Both the position numbers and the translations under genes were made by a program. Shown here in pieces: positions 9,730 to 19,212 of a DNA stretch of 64,000 nucleotides (the stretch's first letter is position 1; every line of letters begins with the position of its first letter). The DNA is from an uncultured candidatus Porisulfidus sp. (GTDB taxonomy: Bacteria > Pseudomonadota > Gammaproteobacteria > Poriferisulfidales > Oxydemutatoraceae): the NCBI GenBank assembly GCA_965215125.1, contig OZ244052.1, forward strand, positions 1,600,001 to 1,664,000. Reading direction: 5' to 3'. The notes under the pieces were generated by a model that was not told where the DNA came from, did no database searches, and was given only the letters and a program-made list of their open reading frames with translations.

Positions 9730-9860
9730 CATTTCCCTCCTGTGGAGGGGTGGCAGGCGCAATAGAACCGCCGATTGAGCCAGTAGGTCAATCGGCGTAA
9801 CATTGTGCAAAATCTTAGTACATAGTACAAAATGTAAAGCCTTTCCATGGGGTGGTCGTT
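9730..9860. repeat. REP-C element interrupted by a REP-A-containing segment
   Basis: TTCCCTCCTGTGGAGGGGTGGCAGGCG, then REP-A hairpin 9769-9797, then GGGGTGGTC; compare the uninterrupted REP-C at 3151-3200. Confidence 0.75.
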
Positions 9861-9959
9861 TTCATGTCCGAACAAACCCGAAAGTTCCCCCCCCCTCCCA
9901 CTTAGCTGTATAGAAATCTCCGATTTATATGTATAATAGGCTGGAACATAGGAGGACTT

Positions 9960-10901
9960 ATGCTAATTAAATCTAAACTTTATTCCACCCCTCGGTCGTC
10001 CGAAATTACCGCCGAGTCGGTTTATCTAAATCGCCGCAACTTTATCAAACGCAGCGGTACCGTCGCCGTCGGCTTGTCGCTAGGGACTTATGCGCATGCC
10101 ATATTAGGTCCGCTTGACAATCTTCCCGATAGTCTGTACAGCACCGACGAAGAACTTACCAGCGAGGTCTCGATTACCACCTATAATAATTTCTACGAAC
10201 TGGGCTACGGTAAATCCGATCCACATAAAAATGCAAAATATCTGAAAACGCAGCCATGGAGTATTACGGTCGGCGGCGAATGTGAAAACCCGGGCACTTA
10301 CATGCTCGAGGATTTTGTCAAACCGCATCAACTGGAAGATAGAATTTATCGTCTGCGCTGTGTAGAAGCCTGGTCTATGGTGATACCGTGGATAGGCTTC
10401 GAGGTCAACCGTATCATCGAAAAAAGCAAGCCGACTTCAAATGCCAAATATGTTGCTTTTCGTTCTATCTTGGATCGTGAGAATCTGCCCGGTCAGCGTC
10501 GTAATGTATTGGATTGGCCCTATAAAGAAGGCTTGCGTATAGACGAGGCAATGCATCCGTTGACCATCTTCTCGGTAGGTCTTTACGGCAAGGTATTACC
10601 CAATCAAAACGGTGCGCCTTTGCGGTTGGTCGTGCCGTGGAAATACGGTTTCAAAAGCATTAAGTCCATCGTCGCAATGGATTTCACCGAACAAGAACCG
10701 CCTACCGCATGGAACCGATCCGCACCTCACGAATACGGGTTTTATTCAAATGTTAATCCCGAGGTCAGTCACCCTAGATGGTCGCAGCGGCGCGAACGAC
10801 GTATCGGCGAGTTCGGCAAACGAGACACTTTGAAATTCAACGGTTATGAAGAGGAAGTTGCAAGTTTATACAGTGGAATGGATTTGAGTAAATACTTCTA
10901 A
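9960..10901 (+). CDS. msrP: Protein-methionine-sulfoxide reductase catalytic subunit (Mo-dependent, Tat-exported)
   Basis: Twin-arginine [49 protein letters not shown]. Confidence 0.96.
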   Translation: MLIKSKLYSTPRSSEITAESVYLNRRNFIKRSGTVAVGLSLGTYAHAILGPLDNLPDSLYSTDEELTSEVSITTYNNFYELGYGKSDPHKNAKYLKTQPWSITVGGECENPGTYMLEDFVKPHQLEDRIYRLRCVEAWSMVIPWIGFEVNRIIEKSKPTSNAKYVAFRSILDRENLPGQRRNVLDWPYKEGLRIDEAMHPLTIFSVGLYGKVLPNQNGAPLRLVVPWKYGFKSIKSIVAMDFTEQEPPTAWNRSAPHEYGFYSNVNPEVSHPRWSQRRERRIGEFGKRDTLKFNGYEEEVASLYSGMDLSKYF

Positions 10902-10911
10902 AATAGTAGAA

Positions 10912-11517
10912 ATGACCTTGCCTGCGCCACCTTTATTGCCGAGCAGGATAACCGTACACGGCGCGTGTTTGTTGCCCTTTTTATATTTGCTCTATGCGGG
11001 TTTCAATAACGACCTCGGTGCCAACCCTATTGAATATATCACCAGATTCACCGGCGATTGGACCTTGCGCATGTTACTGATAGTGCTTGCGTTCAGACCT
11101 TGGGTGCATTTAACGAATATGCGTTGGCTGTTGCGTCATCGTCGCGCAGTAGGCTTGTATAGCTTTTTTTACGCATCCTGCCATTTCACGACCTATATAT
11201 GGCTGGATCAGTTTTTTGATTGGCAGTCCATCGTTATTGATATTCTGGATCGTCCTTTTATTTTTGCAGGGTTTGCCGCTTTCGTACTACTCGTTCCATT
11301 GGCAATAACCTCCAATAATCGCGCAGTCCGCTATTTGCAACATCGCTGGACTATATTACATCGCTTGGTTTATGTTATCGCCGCCGTCGGTTTGGTTCAC
11401 TACTGGTGGTTGATACGAGCCGATTACTTAAAGGCGTGGATTTATCTGAGTATACTGACTTTATTGCTGGGTTATCGCTTCGCACTCTATCTGCGACAAG
11501 TACACCAATATCGCTAA
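10912..11517 (+). CDS. msrQ: Methionine sulfoxide reductase heme-binding subunit
   Basis: LGANPIE, RRAVGLY..FY...H, LHRLVY..H; adjacent to msrP. Confidence 0.93.
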   Translation: MTLPAPPLLPSRITVHGACLLPFLYLLYAGFNNDLGANPIEYITRFTGDWTLRMLLIVLAFRPWVHLTNMRWLLRHRRAVGLYSFFYASCHFTTYIWLDQFFDWQSIVIDILDRPFIFAGFAAFVLLVPLAITSNNRAVRYLQHRWTILHRLVYVIAAVGLVHYWWLIRADYLKAWIYLSILTLLLGYRFALYLRQVHQYR

Positions 11518-11587
11518 CATTCCTCACGGGGACATGTGGCACCAGTCGGCTATAATGAACTTTTGCAATTCAAATAGACGAAGGAAA

Positions 11588-12457
11588 ATGAAGGTATACA
11601 TTTCAAAGAAAATTATGCAGTTAAATAGCAAGCGGGCAGTGACCGGCATTGCTGCCGTGTTGTTTTTATTATTGTTATCCGCGCTAACATCTGCCAGCGC
11701 GTATCAGGTGGGAGAAACTTTTCGCGATTGTGCGACATGTCCGGAGATGGTCGTGTTGCCGGCAGGAGAGTTCACGATGGGTTTTCCCGCAGGGGAGAGA
11801 GGAATAGGCGATAAAGAAGCACCACAACGTCGGGTCACTATTCCCAAACCTTTTGCGGTGGGCAAATACGAAGTGACCGTAGGGCAATATGAAGAGTTTG
11901 TTCAGGAGACAAAACATAACACCGAAAATTGTAATTTTCTGAGAGGTAAATCTTGGGATGATCCGGGTTTTAATCAAACCAGTGATCATCCGATAGTATG
12001 TGTTTCTTGGTATGATGTTTCAGCATACGCCTCTTGGTTATCAACGAAAACCGGACATAAATACAGGTTACTGACCGAGGCGGAATGGGAATATGCGGCT
12101 CGTGCCGGAACAACGACGGCGTATCATTTCGGCAGAATGATTTCTTCTAATCAGGCCCGGTATGATAGCAACGGACCTGTAGCAGTAGGCGGTTTTTCCG
12201 CAAATGCATTCGGGTTACACGACATGCACGGCAATGTATGGGAATGGGTAGAGGATTGCTGGCACATTAAACACAAAGATGCACCAACCGACGGTAGTGC
12301 GTGGCTTAACAGATGTGAAGGAAAAAGAATGGTACGCGGCGGTGCTTGGGACACTATAAACCCGGACTTAGTGAAATCCGCATATCGCTATAGGGAAAGC
12401 GAGAATTATCGCAGATTCAGCCTCGGGTTTCGAATTGCCCGCGACCTTACTTCATAA
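11588..12457 (+). CDS. Formylglycine-generating enzyme (SUMF1/FGE-sulfatase, C-type lectin fold) domain protein with signal peptide
   Basis: FRDCATCPEMVVLPAGEFTMG, YRLLTEAEWEYAARAGT, NAFGLHDMHGNVWEW, GFRIAR; start placed after AAGGA at 11581. Confidence 0.88.
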   Translation: MKVYISKKIMQLNSKRAVTGIAAVLFLLLLSALTSASAYQVGETFRDCATCPEMVVLPAGEFTMGFPAGERGIGDKEAPQRRVTIPKPFAVGKYEVTVGQYEEFVQETKHNTENCNFLRGKSWDDPGFNQTSDHPIVCVSWYDVSAYASWLSTKTGHKYRLLTEAEWEYAARAGTTTAYHFGRMISSNQARYDSNGPVAVGGFSANAFGLHDMHGNVWEWVEDCWHIKHKDAPTDGSAWLNRCEGKRMVRGGAWDTINPDLVKSAYRYRESENYRRFSLGFRIARDLTS

Positions 12458-12593
12458 GTCCTTAAATCTTCACCTCTTCAAAAGCCCTACTTGAGTTTTG
12501 GGCTTATGCACGATTATCGCCTATAATAGGAACCTTATCCATTAAAGCAAGTGTGCTTTTATCAATTATTCATAAACAATATAGGAATGACCG

Positions 12594-13844
12594 ATGTTCA
12601 AAAAAGATATGACCATAGCTTCGTTTGACCCCGAGTTGGCCGAAGCACTCGCCGCCGAGCGTGAGCGGCAAGAAGATCATGTAGAATTGATTGCTTCCGA
12701 GAATTATGCAAGTCCTCGCGTATTGGAAGCGCAAGGTTCTATCATGACCAACAAATATGCCGAGGGCTATCCCAATAAGCGATATTACGGTGGGTGTGAG
12801 CATGTAGATGTCGCCGAGCAGCTTGCAATAGATCGTTTGAAGGAACTGTACGGTGCGGATTATGCGAATGTGCAGCCCCATTCCGGTTCGCAAGCCAACG
12901 CTGCAGTTTATTTGGCACTGTGCGACCCCGGCGACACTATACTCGGTATGAGCTTGGCTCACGGTGGTCATTTGACGCACGGGGCTAAAGTAAATTTTTC
13001 GGGTCAAGTTTTTAATGCGGTACAGTACGGCATAGACGATAACGGCTTGCTCGATTACGACGAGATAGAGAGCCTAGCCTTGGAACATAAACCGAAAATG
13101 GTGATTGCCGGCTTTTCCGCTTATTCGCAGATTGTGGATTGGGCGCGGATGAGGCAAATAGCCGATCAAGTCGGGGCTTACCTGGTGGTTGATATGGCGC
13201 ATGTATCGGGTTTGGTGGCAGCGGATGCATACCCCAATCCGGTACCTCATGCCGATGTGGTTACTTCAACCACTCATAAGACTTTAAGAGGTCCGCGTAG
13301 CGGCTTTATTATCTGCAGACACAACGAGGAGATCGAGAAAAAAATAAATTCTATGGTCTTTCCGGGTATGCAAGGCGGTCCCTTGATGCATGTAATCGCC
13401 GCCAAAGCCGTTGCCTTTAAGGAAGCGTTGCAGCCCGACTTCAAAGAGTATATCGCCGAAGTTAAAAGTAATGCCAAGCTGATGGCGAACACTTTGATTG
13501 ACAGAGGCTACGAAGTCGTATCGGGCGGTACCGAGAACCATCTGATGTTGGTCAGTTTGATCTCTAAAGAGATAACCGGTAAGGATGCCGATGCCGCGCT
13601 CGGAAGAGCCAATATCACCGTCAATAAGAATAGCGTGCCTAAAGACCCTAAGTCGCCTTTTGTTACCAGCGGTTTGCGCTTCGGCACCCCGGCGATCACC
13701 ACGCGTGGCTTTGACGGCGAGGCTGTGGAGCAGTTGACCCATCTAGTCTGCGATGTATTGGACGATATCGGAGATGAGGATAAAATCAAAGCGGTCAAGG
13801 AGCAAGCCTTGAGTTTATGCAGACGTCATCCGGTCTATAACTGA
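12594..13844 (+). CDS. glyA: Serine hydroxymethyltransferase
   Basis: [25 protein letters not shown]. Confidence 0.98.
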   Translation: MFKKDMTIASFDPELAEALAAERERQEDHVELIASENYASPRVLEAQGSIMTNKYAEGYPNKRYYGGCEHVDVAEQLAIDRLKELYGADYANVQPHSGSQANAAVYLALCDPGDTILGMSLAHGGHLTHGAKVNFSGQVFNAVQYGIDDNGLLDYDEIESLALEHKPKMVIAGFSAYSQIVDWARMRQIADQVGAYLVVDMAHVSGLVAADAYPNPVPHADVVTSTTHKTLRGPRSGFIICRHNEEIEKKINSMVFPGMQGGPLMHVIAAKAVAFKEALQPDFKEYIAEVKSNAKLMANTLIDRGYEVVSGGTENHLMLVSLISKEITGKDADAALGRANITVNKNSVPKDPKSPFVTSGLRFGTPAITTRGFDGEAVEQLTHLVCDVLDDIGDEDKIKAVKEQALSLCRRHPVYN

Positions 13845-13923
13845 TCGGAACAGTCCGACAACGGTTTGAGTGAAAACCGCAATGTGTCGTACATATATAG
13901 GGGAGGTTGTCGGATAAGCGAAG

Positions 13924-15057
13924 ATGCAGCAATTCAGTGAGCGCGACCAATACTACATGTCCAAGGCATTGGCTTTGGCGGAACTCGGACGGTATACGGT
14001 CGGTATCAATCCTATGGTTGCTTGCATCATTGTCCGAGACGATAAGGTTATCGCCGAAGCCTATCATCGCCGCACCGGTGAGGCACACGCCGAACCTTTG
14101 GCACTTGCACAAGCGGGAGATAATGCCGGAGATGCCACGGTCTATGTGACTCTGGAACCGTGTGTACATCAAGGGCGCACCCCGCCGTGCGTACCGGCAC
14201 TGATAGCGGCGAAAGTCAAACGCGTTGTGATTGCAATGCAAGACCCTAACCCCCGAGTGCACGGGCAAGGCATCTCCGAATTAAAAACCGCCGGCATACA
14301 AGTTGAATATGGTTTATTTTCCGACCGAGCGCGAGAATTGAATCGTGGTTTTGTGTCGCGTATCGAACGAAGACGACCTTGGCTGCGGCTTAAATCGGCA
14401 ATCAGCCTAGACGGACATATAGCATTGGGCTCCGGTAAAAGTGCATGGATTAGCGGCGAGGAAGCAAGACGCGATGTGCAATTCTGGCGCGCCCGAAGCA
14501 GTGCGCTATTGACCAGCAGTCGTACGGTGCAGGCGGATGATCCGCAGTTGACCGTACGCATTGCCGCCGAAGATTTAGGTATAGAAGGTACCGTCAGACA
14601 ACCGCTACGCATCGTATTGGATAGCCGGTTGCTCACTTCGCCCGAAGCGAAAATCTATAATCCCGATGCCGAAACCGTTGTTGTTTGTTGCGATGATGTT
14701 GCGACCGAAGCGCGGCAAAGTGAATTTGAGCGATGTGGTGTCAAGATATTATCGATGCCGACCACAAAACCGCGTATCCCCTTATTAGAGCTACTGGAAA
14801 CCTTAGCCGACCGATACGAGCTCAACGAAATACAAGTGGAGGCCGGTGGCGTGTTATTCGGTGCTATCATAGAAGCCGGCTTGTGCGACGAATTGCTGTT
14901 GTATATAGCACCTTGTTTGTTGGGCGCAGAGAGTAAAAAGCTGGCGGAGTTCGACGATATTATACAAACGATGGAAGAGCGTATTAATTTTAGTTACAAA
15001 GAAGTGATGAATATCGGCAAAGATATTCGCGTATTGTTGGAACCGTGTCCACGATAG
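13924..15057 (+). CDS. ribD: Riboflavin biosynthesis deaminase/reductase
   Basis: HAE, VTLEPCVHQGRTPPC, SLDG, DDPQLTVR, VEAGG. Confidence 0.95.
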   Translation: MQQFSERDQYYMSKALALAELGRYTVGINPMVACIIVRDDKVIAEAYHRRTGEAHAEPLALAQAGDNAGDATVYVTLEPCVHQGRTPPCVPALIAAKVKRVVIAMQDPNPRVHGQGISELKTAGIQVEYGLFSDRARELNRGFVSRIERRRPWLRLKSAISLDGHIALGSGKSAWISGEEARRDVQFWRARSSALLTSSRTVQADDPQLTVRIAAEDLGIEGTVRQPLRIVLDSRLLTSPEAKIYNPDAETVVVCCDDVATEARQSEFERCGVKILSMPTTKPRIPLLELLETLADRYELNEIQVEAGGVLFGAIIEAGLCDELLLYIAPCLLGAESKKLAEFDDIIQTMEERINFSYKEVMNIGKDIRVLLEPCPR

Positions 15058-15632
15058 TCGTAGTACGCAAGCACGATCGGGCGTGTATCGCTGCCGACAC
15101 ATTGGCTACGATGGGTGATCTAAAGCAAAGTAGTAGCTATGATTTGGCGCATGAAAAAATTTTGTGTTATCAATCGAATTATATAGGCATCACCGGTAGC
15201 AGTGCGCACGATGTAGTACTCAGAAGCCTGCTCGCGGAAGACAATGCCCGATACGATTTCAGTTCGCGGATGGCGATTTTTGAATCCTTCCGCACGATAC
15301 ACGAGATATTAAAAGAACGTTATTATCTGAACACCAAAGAAGAGGGCGACGGAGAACCGCAAGCACCGTACGAATCTAGCCGTATTGATGCGTTGATTGT
15401 CAACCCTTACGGCATCTTCGGTGTATTTGCGCTTAGAGAGGTCTGCGTTTATTCAAAATACTGGGCTATAGGTTCCGGTGCCGAGATTGCACTCGGTGCC
15501 ATGTATGCCTGTTATGACGAACAGCAAGATGTAGAGACTATTGCGCGCATTGCCATCGAAGCAAGTGCCGAGTTCAATACTGCCACCGCTTTGCCGATAA
15601 CGAGCTATACACTACCTCTAGAAACACCATAA
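15045..15632 (+). CDS. Ntn-hydrolase, proteasome/HslV-like subunit (BPH-like)
   Basis: N-terminus STIVVVRK..ACIAADT and WAIGSG..ALGAM resemble HslV/proteasome beta subunits; GTG start overlaps the ribD end. Confidence 0.75.
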   Translation: MSTIVVVRKHDRACIAADTLATMGDLKQSSSYDLAHEKILCYQSNYIGITGSSAHDVVLRSLLAEDNARYDFSSRMAIFESFRTIHEILKERYYLNTKEEGDGEPQAPYESSRIDALIVNPYGIFGVFALREVCVYSKYWAIGSGAEIALGAMYACYDEQQDVETIARIAIEASAEFNTATALPITSYTLPLETP

Positions 15633-15829
15633 ACGACAACCCAAGTGGTGGTTATGCCGTTCGTCGGAAAGATAGGTCGGTTTATCGGGATGCCAAAAAT
15701 TCGGGTTTTTGTGGGTTGTAAAATGGCAATTTTCATATAATATACGGAGGTGAATTGATTATGGTTCATAAAGCGATTATACATAAAACACCGGCAAAAA
15801 TTCCCGGTGTAAGTAAAGAGGAAGCACAT

Positions 15830-16126
15830 ATGACAACAGATAGTTTGGTTTATGCCAACGATATAACTATCAAGGAAGCCATCAAGGATATGGCAACTAA
15901 AGCCGATATCAAGGATATGGCAACTAAAGCCGATATCAAAGATATGGCAACCAAAGCCGATATCAAAGACATAGAATCGCGCATGGCTACTAAAAGGGAT
16001 ATTGATGGCCTTAGAGTAGAAATTGCAAAACTGGAAACTCGAATGACGAGACAGCAAATAGTTCATACAGGGGTTGTCATCGCCTCGATTAGTTTCATAA
16101 TGCTGCTGATGGAATTCTTTACATAG
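15830..16126 (+). CDS. DUF1640/CCDC90-like coiled-coil membrane protein with MATKADIKD nonad repeats
   Basis: ATKAD repeats followed by a coiled coil and a C-terminal TM helix; ATG at 15830 preceded by GAGGA. Confidence 0.75.
   Translation: MTTDSLVYANDITIKEAIKDMATKADIKDMATKADIKDMATKADIKDIESRMATKRDIDGLRVEIAKLETRMTRQQIVHTGVVIASISFIMLLMEFFT
15881..15970 (+). repeat. 27-bp intragenic tandem repeat, ~3.3 copies
   Basis: ATCAAGGATATGGCAACTAAAGCCGAT at 15881, 15908, 15935 (2 substitutions) and a partial copy at 15962. Confidence 0.95.
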
Positions 16127-16194
16127 ATTCTAATCTCATCCACATGATAGACTCCTGCCGAATCAAGAAAATGTATATTTCTATATTTATGGGT

Positions 16195-16310
16195 TATAAT
16201 GCCCGCATGAATTATTCAATCACAAATTCTAATAACCGATACGGGCAACATAAGGCATTGCTGCGATGCCTACTTCCGCGATTGCCGCACTGACGCGGCA
16301 GAACAATAGC
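16195..16310 (+). promoter_or_regulatory. Putative leuA leader: TATAAT then a Leu-rich 28-aa uORF (16207-16293) and a hairpin
   Basis: TATAAT 16195-16200; uORF MNYSITNSNNRYGQHKALLRCLLPRLPH*; hairpin TGCCGC-ACTGAC-GCGGCA spans the uORF stop. Confidence 0.45.
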
Positions 16311-16369
16311 TGGCGAGCTTAGAGACGCACAATCACTTTATATTCTGATTTTTAACAACGGAGAGACTT

Positions 16370-17917
16370 ATGTCGGCTAAAGAAAAGCTAATTATATTTG
16401 ATACTACTTTAAGAGACGGCGAACAAAGCCCGGGAGCATCTATGACCCGAGATGAAAAGTTAAGGATTGCAAAAGCCCTCGAGAAGTTGCGAGTAGATGT
16501 CATAGAAGCAGGCTTCCCGATTGCCAGCCCGGGAGATTTTCAAGCGGTGCAAGAAATTGCCCGAACGATCAAACAGAGCACGGTTTGCGGGCTTGCGCGT
16601 GCATTGGAGAAAGACATAAAAAAGGCTGCCGAAGCATTGAAAGGTGCTGCCTCCGGGCGTATACACACCTTCATTGCATCGTCGCCCATACATATAAAAA
16701 ACAAGCTGCGTATGACACCCGATCAGGTACTGGAGCAGGCGGTAGCGGCTGTCCGGCTTGCGCGACAATACACCGATGATGTGGAGTTTTCTCCCGAAGA
16801 TGCCGGGCGTTCCGAAATTGATTTTTTATGCCGTCTGGTCGAAAGCACGATCGCAGCAGGTGCCAAAACCATCAATATCCCGGACACGGTAGGCTACAGC
16901 ATGCCCGAGCAATTCGGCAATCTAATCGGCACCCTATTGGATAAAGTGCCGAACGCCGACAAAGCGGTTTTCTCTACCCATTGCCATAACGACTTGGGTT
17001 TGGCGGTCGCGAATTCATTGAGTGCGGTCAGACAAGGTGCAAGGCAAGTAGAATGTACCATCAACGGTTTGGGTGAGCGCGCCGGCAATGCAGCACTTGA
17101 GGAGATTGTGATGACAGTCCATACTCGTTCCGATATATTTGATTGCACCACAAATATAGATACGCATCAAATCGTGCCGATATCACGGCTGGTTGCCGGC
17201 ATCACCGGTTTTCCGGTTCAACCTAATAAAGCGATCGTCGGTGCGAACGCCTTTGCTCACGAATCCGGCATACACCAAGACGGTGTGCTCAAGTATAGAG
17301 AGACCTACGAAATCATGCGCTCCGAAGATGTGGGTTGGAGCTCCAACCGTATCGTATTGGGCAAACATTCCGGGCGTAATGCATTCAAGACGCGTTTGCA
17401 AGAATTGGGTGTTACATTTTCTAACACCAATGATTTGAACGATGCGTTTGAACGTTTCAAATTATTGGCGGATAAAAAGGAAGAGATTTACGATGAAGAC
17501 CTGCAGGCGTTGGTATCCGATAGTGCGTCGGTAAATGCAGAAGAGTACTACCGCTTGGATTGGCTCAGTGTTACTTCCGAAAGCGGCACGCGACCTTGCG
17601 CAAAGATCACCCTACGCGTGGAAGATACCGAGCACCGAGCCGAGGCACAGGGTAGTGGTCCGGTTGATGCCGCGTTCAAGGCGATAGAGTCCGTAGCTCA
17701 AAGTGGCGGTGAGTTAATGTTATATTCGGTGAATAATATCACCACCGGCACCGACTCTCAGGGCGAGGTTACCGTGCGTCTGTCCAAAGGCGGGCGCGTG
17801 GTCAACGGTCTGGGCGTGGATACCGACATCGTCATTGCGTCGGCTAAAGCTTATGTGAACGCGCTGAATAAATTATCCGTCGGAGGCAAGGCGCATCCTC
17901 AACTCGGACATATCTGA
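16370..17917 (+). CDS. leuA: 2-isopropylmalate synthase
   Basis: [33 protein letters not shown]. Confidence 0.98.
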   Translation: MSAKEKLIIFDTTLRDGEQSPGASMTRDEKLRIAKALEKLRVDVIEAGFPIASPGDFQAVQEIARTIKQSTVCGLARALEKDIKKAAEALKGAASGRIHTFIASSPIHIKNKLRMTPDQVLEQAVAAVRLARQYTDDVEFSPEDAGRSEIDFLCRLVESTIAAGAKTINIPDTVGYSMPEQFGNLIGTLLDKVPNADKAVFSTHCHNDLGLAVANSLSAVRQGARQVECTINGLGERAGNAALEEIVMTVHTRSDIFDCTTNIDTHQIVPISRLVAGITGFPVQPNKAIVGANAFAHESGIHQDGVLKYRETYEIMRSEDVGWSSNRIVLGKHSGRNAFKTRLQELGVTFSNTNDLNDAFERFKLLADKKEEIYDEDLQALVSDSASVNAEEYYRLDWLSVTSESGTRPCAKITLRVEDTEHRAEAQGSGPVDAAFKAIESVAQSGGELMLYSVNNITTGTDSQGEVTVRLSKGGRVVNGLGVDTDIVIASAKAYVNALNKLSVGGKAHPQLGHI

Positions 17918-17926
17918 AGTTATTGA

Positions 17927-18673
17927 ATGTCGGTCCAAAAGTCACTTTATCTGCAATACATGGGTATAGAACCCTGTGTGCTTCGTTCGTCCTTACAAGC
18001 CCCTGAACAAGCTTTGCCCTCGACCGAAGGCCAAGCCGAGGTAACGGTGCAAGCGAACCCCGATATCGGGCAACCTGCTACTCAACCGTCCCAACCGGAC
18101 GATGGACTTACAACGCCGCAATGGCAGAGTTTGGAACTAGAAGTTGTGAACTGCAAAAAATGTATTTTGTATCAAACCCGCACGCAAACCGTATTCGGTG
18201 TAGGCGACAAAAAAGCTCAATGGATGTTTATCGGCGAGGCACCGGGATTCGAAGAAGATAAAAAAGGTGAACCTTTTGTCGGTCGTGCCGGACAGTTATT
18301 GACCAAAATGCTCAAAGCGATCGGTTTTGATCGGCACGAAGTTTATATCGCCAATATCATTAAATGCAGACCGCCCGATAATCGCAACCCGCGTCTCGAA
18401 GAGATAGTGCAATGCCTCTCCTATTTGTATAGTCAAATTGCACTGGTGCAACCCGAGATTATCGTCTTATTAGGCGGGGTTGCGGCAAACGCTTTATTAA
18501 AAGGGCAAACACCGGTGTCGCGTTTGCGCGGCCGGATACACCGTATAGAAAATACCCGAGCACCGGTTATCGTAACCTACCATCCCGCTTATTTGCTTAG
18601 GTCTCCGAACCAAAAAGCGGCAGCATGGGAAGATTTACAGTTTGCCTGTAAAACAATAGGACGGAAGTTATAA
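17927..18673 (+). CDS. Uracil-DNA glycosylase family 4 (4Fe-4S)
   Basis: CKKC, IGEAPG, PFVGRAG, KCRPPDNR, TYHPAYLLR. Confidence 0.93.
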   Translation: MSVQKSLYLQYMGIEPCVLRSSLQAPEQALPSTEGQAEVTVQANPDIGQPATQPSQPDDGLTTPQWQSLELEVVNCKKCILYQTRTQTVFGVGDKKAQWMFIGEAPGFEEDKKGEPFVGRAGQLLTKMLKAIGFDRHEVYIANIIKCRPPDNRNPRLEEIVQCLSYLYSQIALVQPEIIVLLGGVAANALLKGQTPVSRLRGRIHRIENTRAPVIVTYHPAYLLRSPNQKAAAWEDLQFACKTIGRKL

Positions 18674-18674
18674 G

Positions 18675-19205
18675 ATGAGCGCACTGGTCAAAGAAGCTCT
18701 ACCGGAGGCGTACGGTACCGACACCTTAGATAAAGAGGGTAAGCATGATTATATCGGACCGACTAAAATTTTAATGTCCAGAATGAGCGATGCAGATATC
18801 GCAGAGGTTCATGCCTTGGAAAGCCGCTCGTATTCGTTCCCATGGTCGCAACTGATATTTTCGGACTGCATCAATTCCCAATACGAGTGCTGGATGATGA
18901 GGAAATCGGGCAAAGTAATTGCATACGGCATTATGGCAGTCGCTATAGACGAAAGTCATTTATTGAATCTTTGTGTAGATTCCGACTTTAGAAGACAAGG
19001 CTATGCTTACTATATGGTTCGATTTTTATCCGATATTTCTATAGTTCGAAATGCCAAGCGCATGTTGCTTGAGGTTAGAGCAAGCAATTATCAAGCATTC
19101 AATCTTTATCGTAAATTAGGTTTTCAACAAATCGGTTTACGGAACAACTATTATCCTGCCGAGACCGATAGGGAAGACGCGCGAGTACTTGCTAAATTAC
19201 TCTAA
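18675..19205 (+). CDS. rimI: Ribosomal protein S18 alanine N-acetyltransferase
   Basis: FPWS, HLLNLCV..RRQGYA, LEVRASN..A..LY..LGF...RNNYY. Confidence 0.9.
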   Translation: MSALVKEALPEAYGTDTLDKEGKHDYIGPTKILMSRMSDADIAEVHALESRSYSFPWSQLIFSDCINSQYECWMMRKSGKVIAYGIMAVAIDESHLLNLCVDSDFRRQGYAYYMVRFLSDISIVRNAKRMLLEVRASNYQAFNLYRKLGFQQIGLRNNYYPAETDREDARVLAKLL

Positions 19206-19212
19206 ACAGACC

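Noticed and set aside
9607-9810. Short ORFs sharing HNVTPIDL.AQSA (also 21075-21332 and 30219-30413)
   Set aside because: These are translations of the REP-A repeat, not a protein family.
9887-9895. C9 tract upstream of msrP
   Set aside because: Lies upstream of the likely -35/-10 spacer; nothing indicates a regulatory role.
13845-13923. FMN riboswitch before ribD
   Set aside because: Too short and lacks the conserved RFN sequence motifs.
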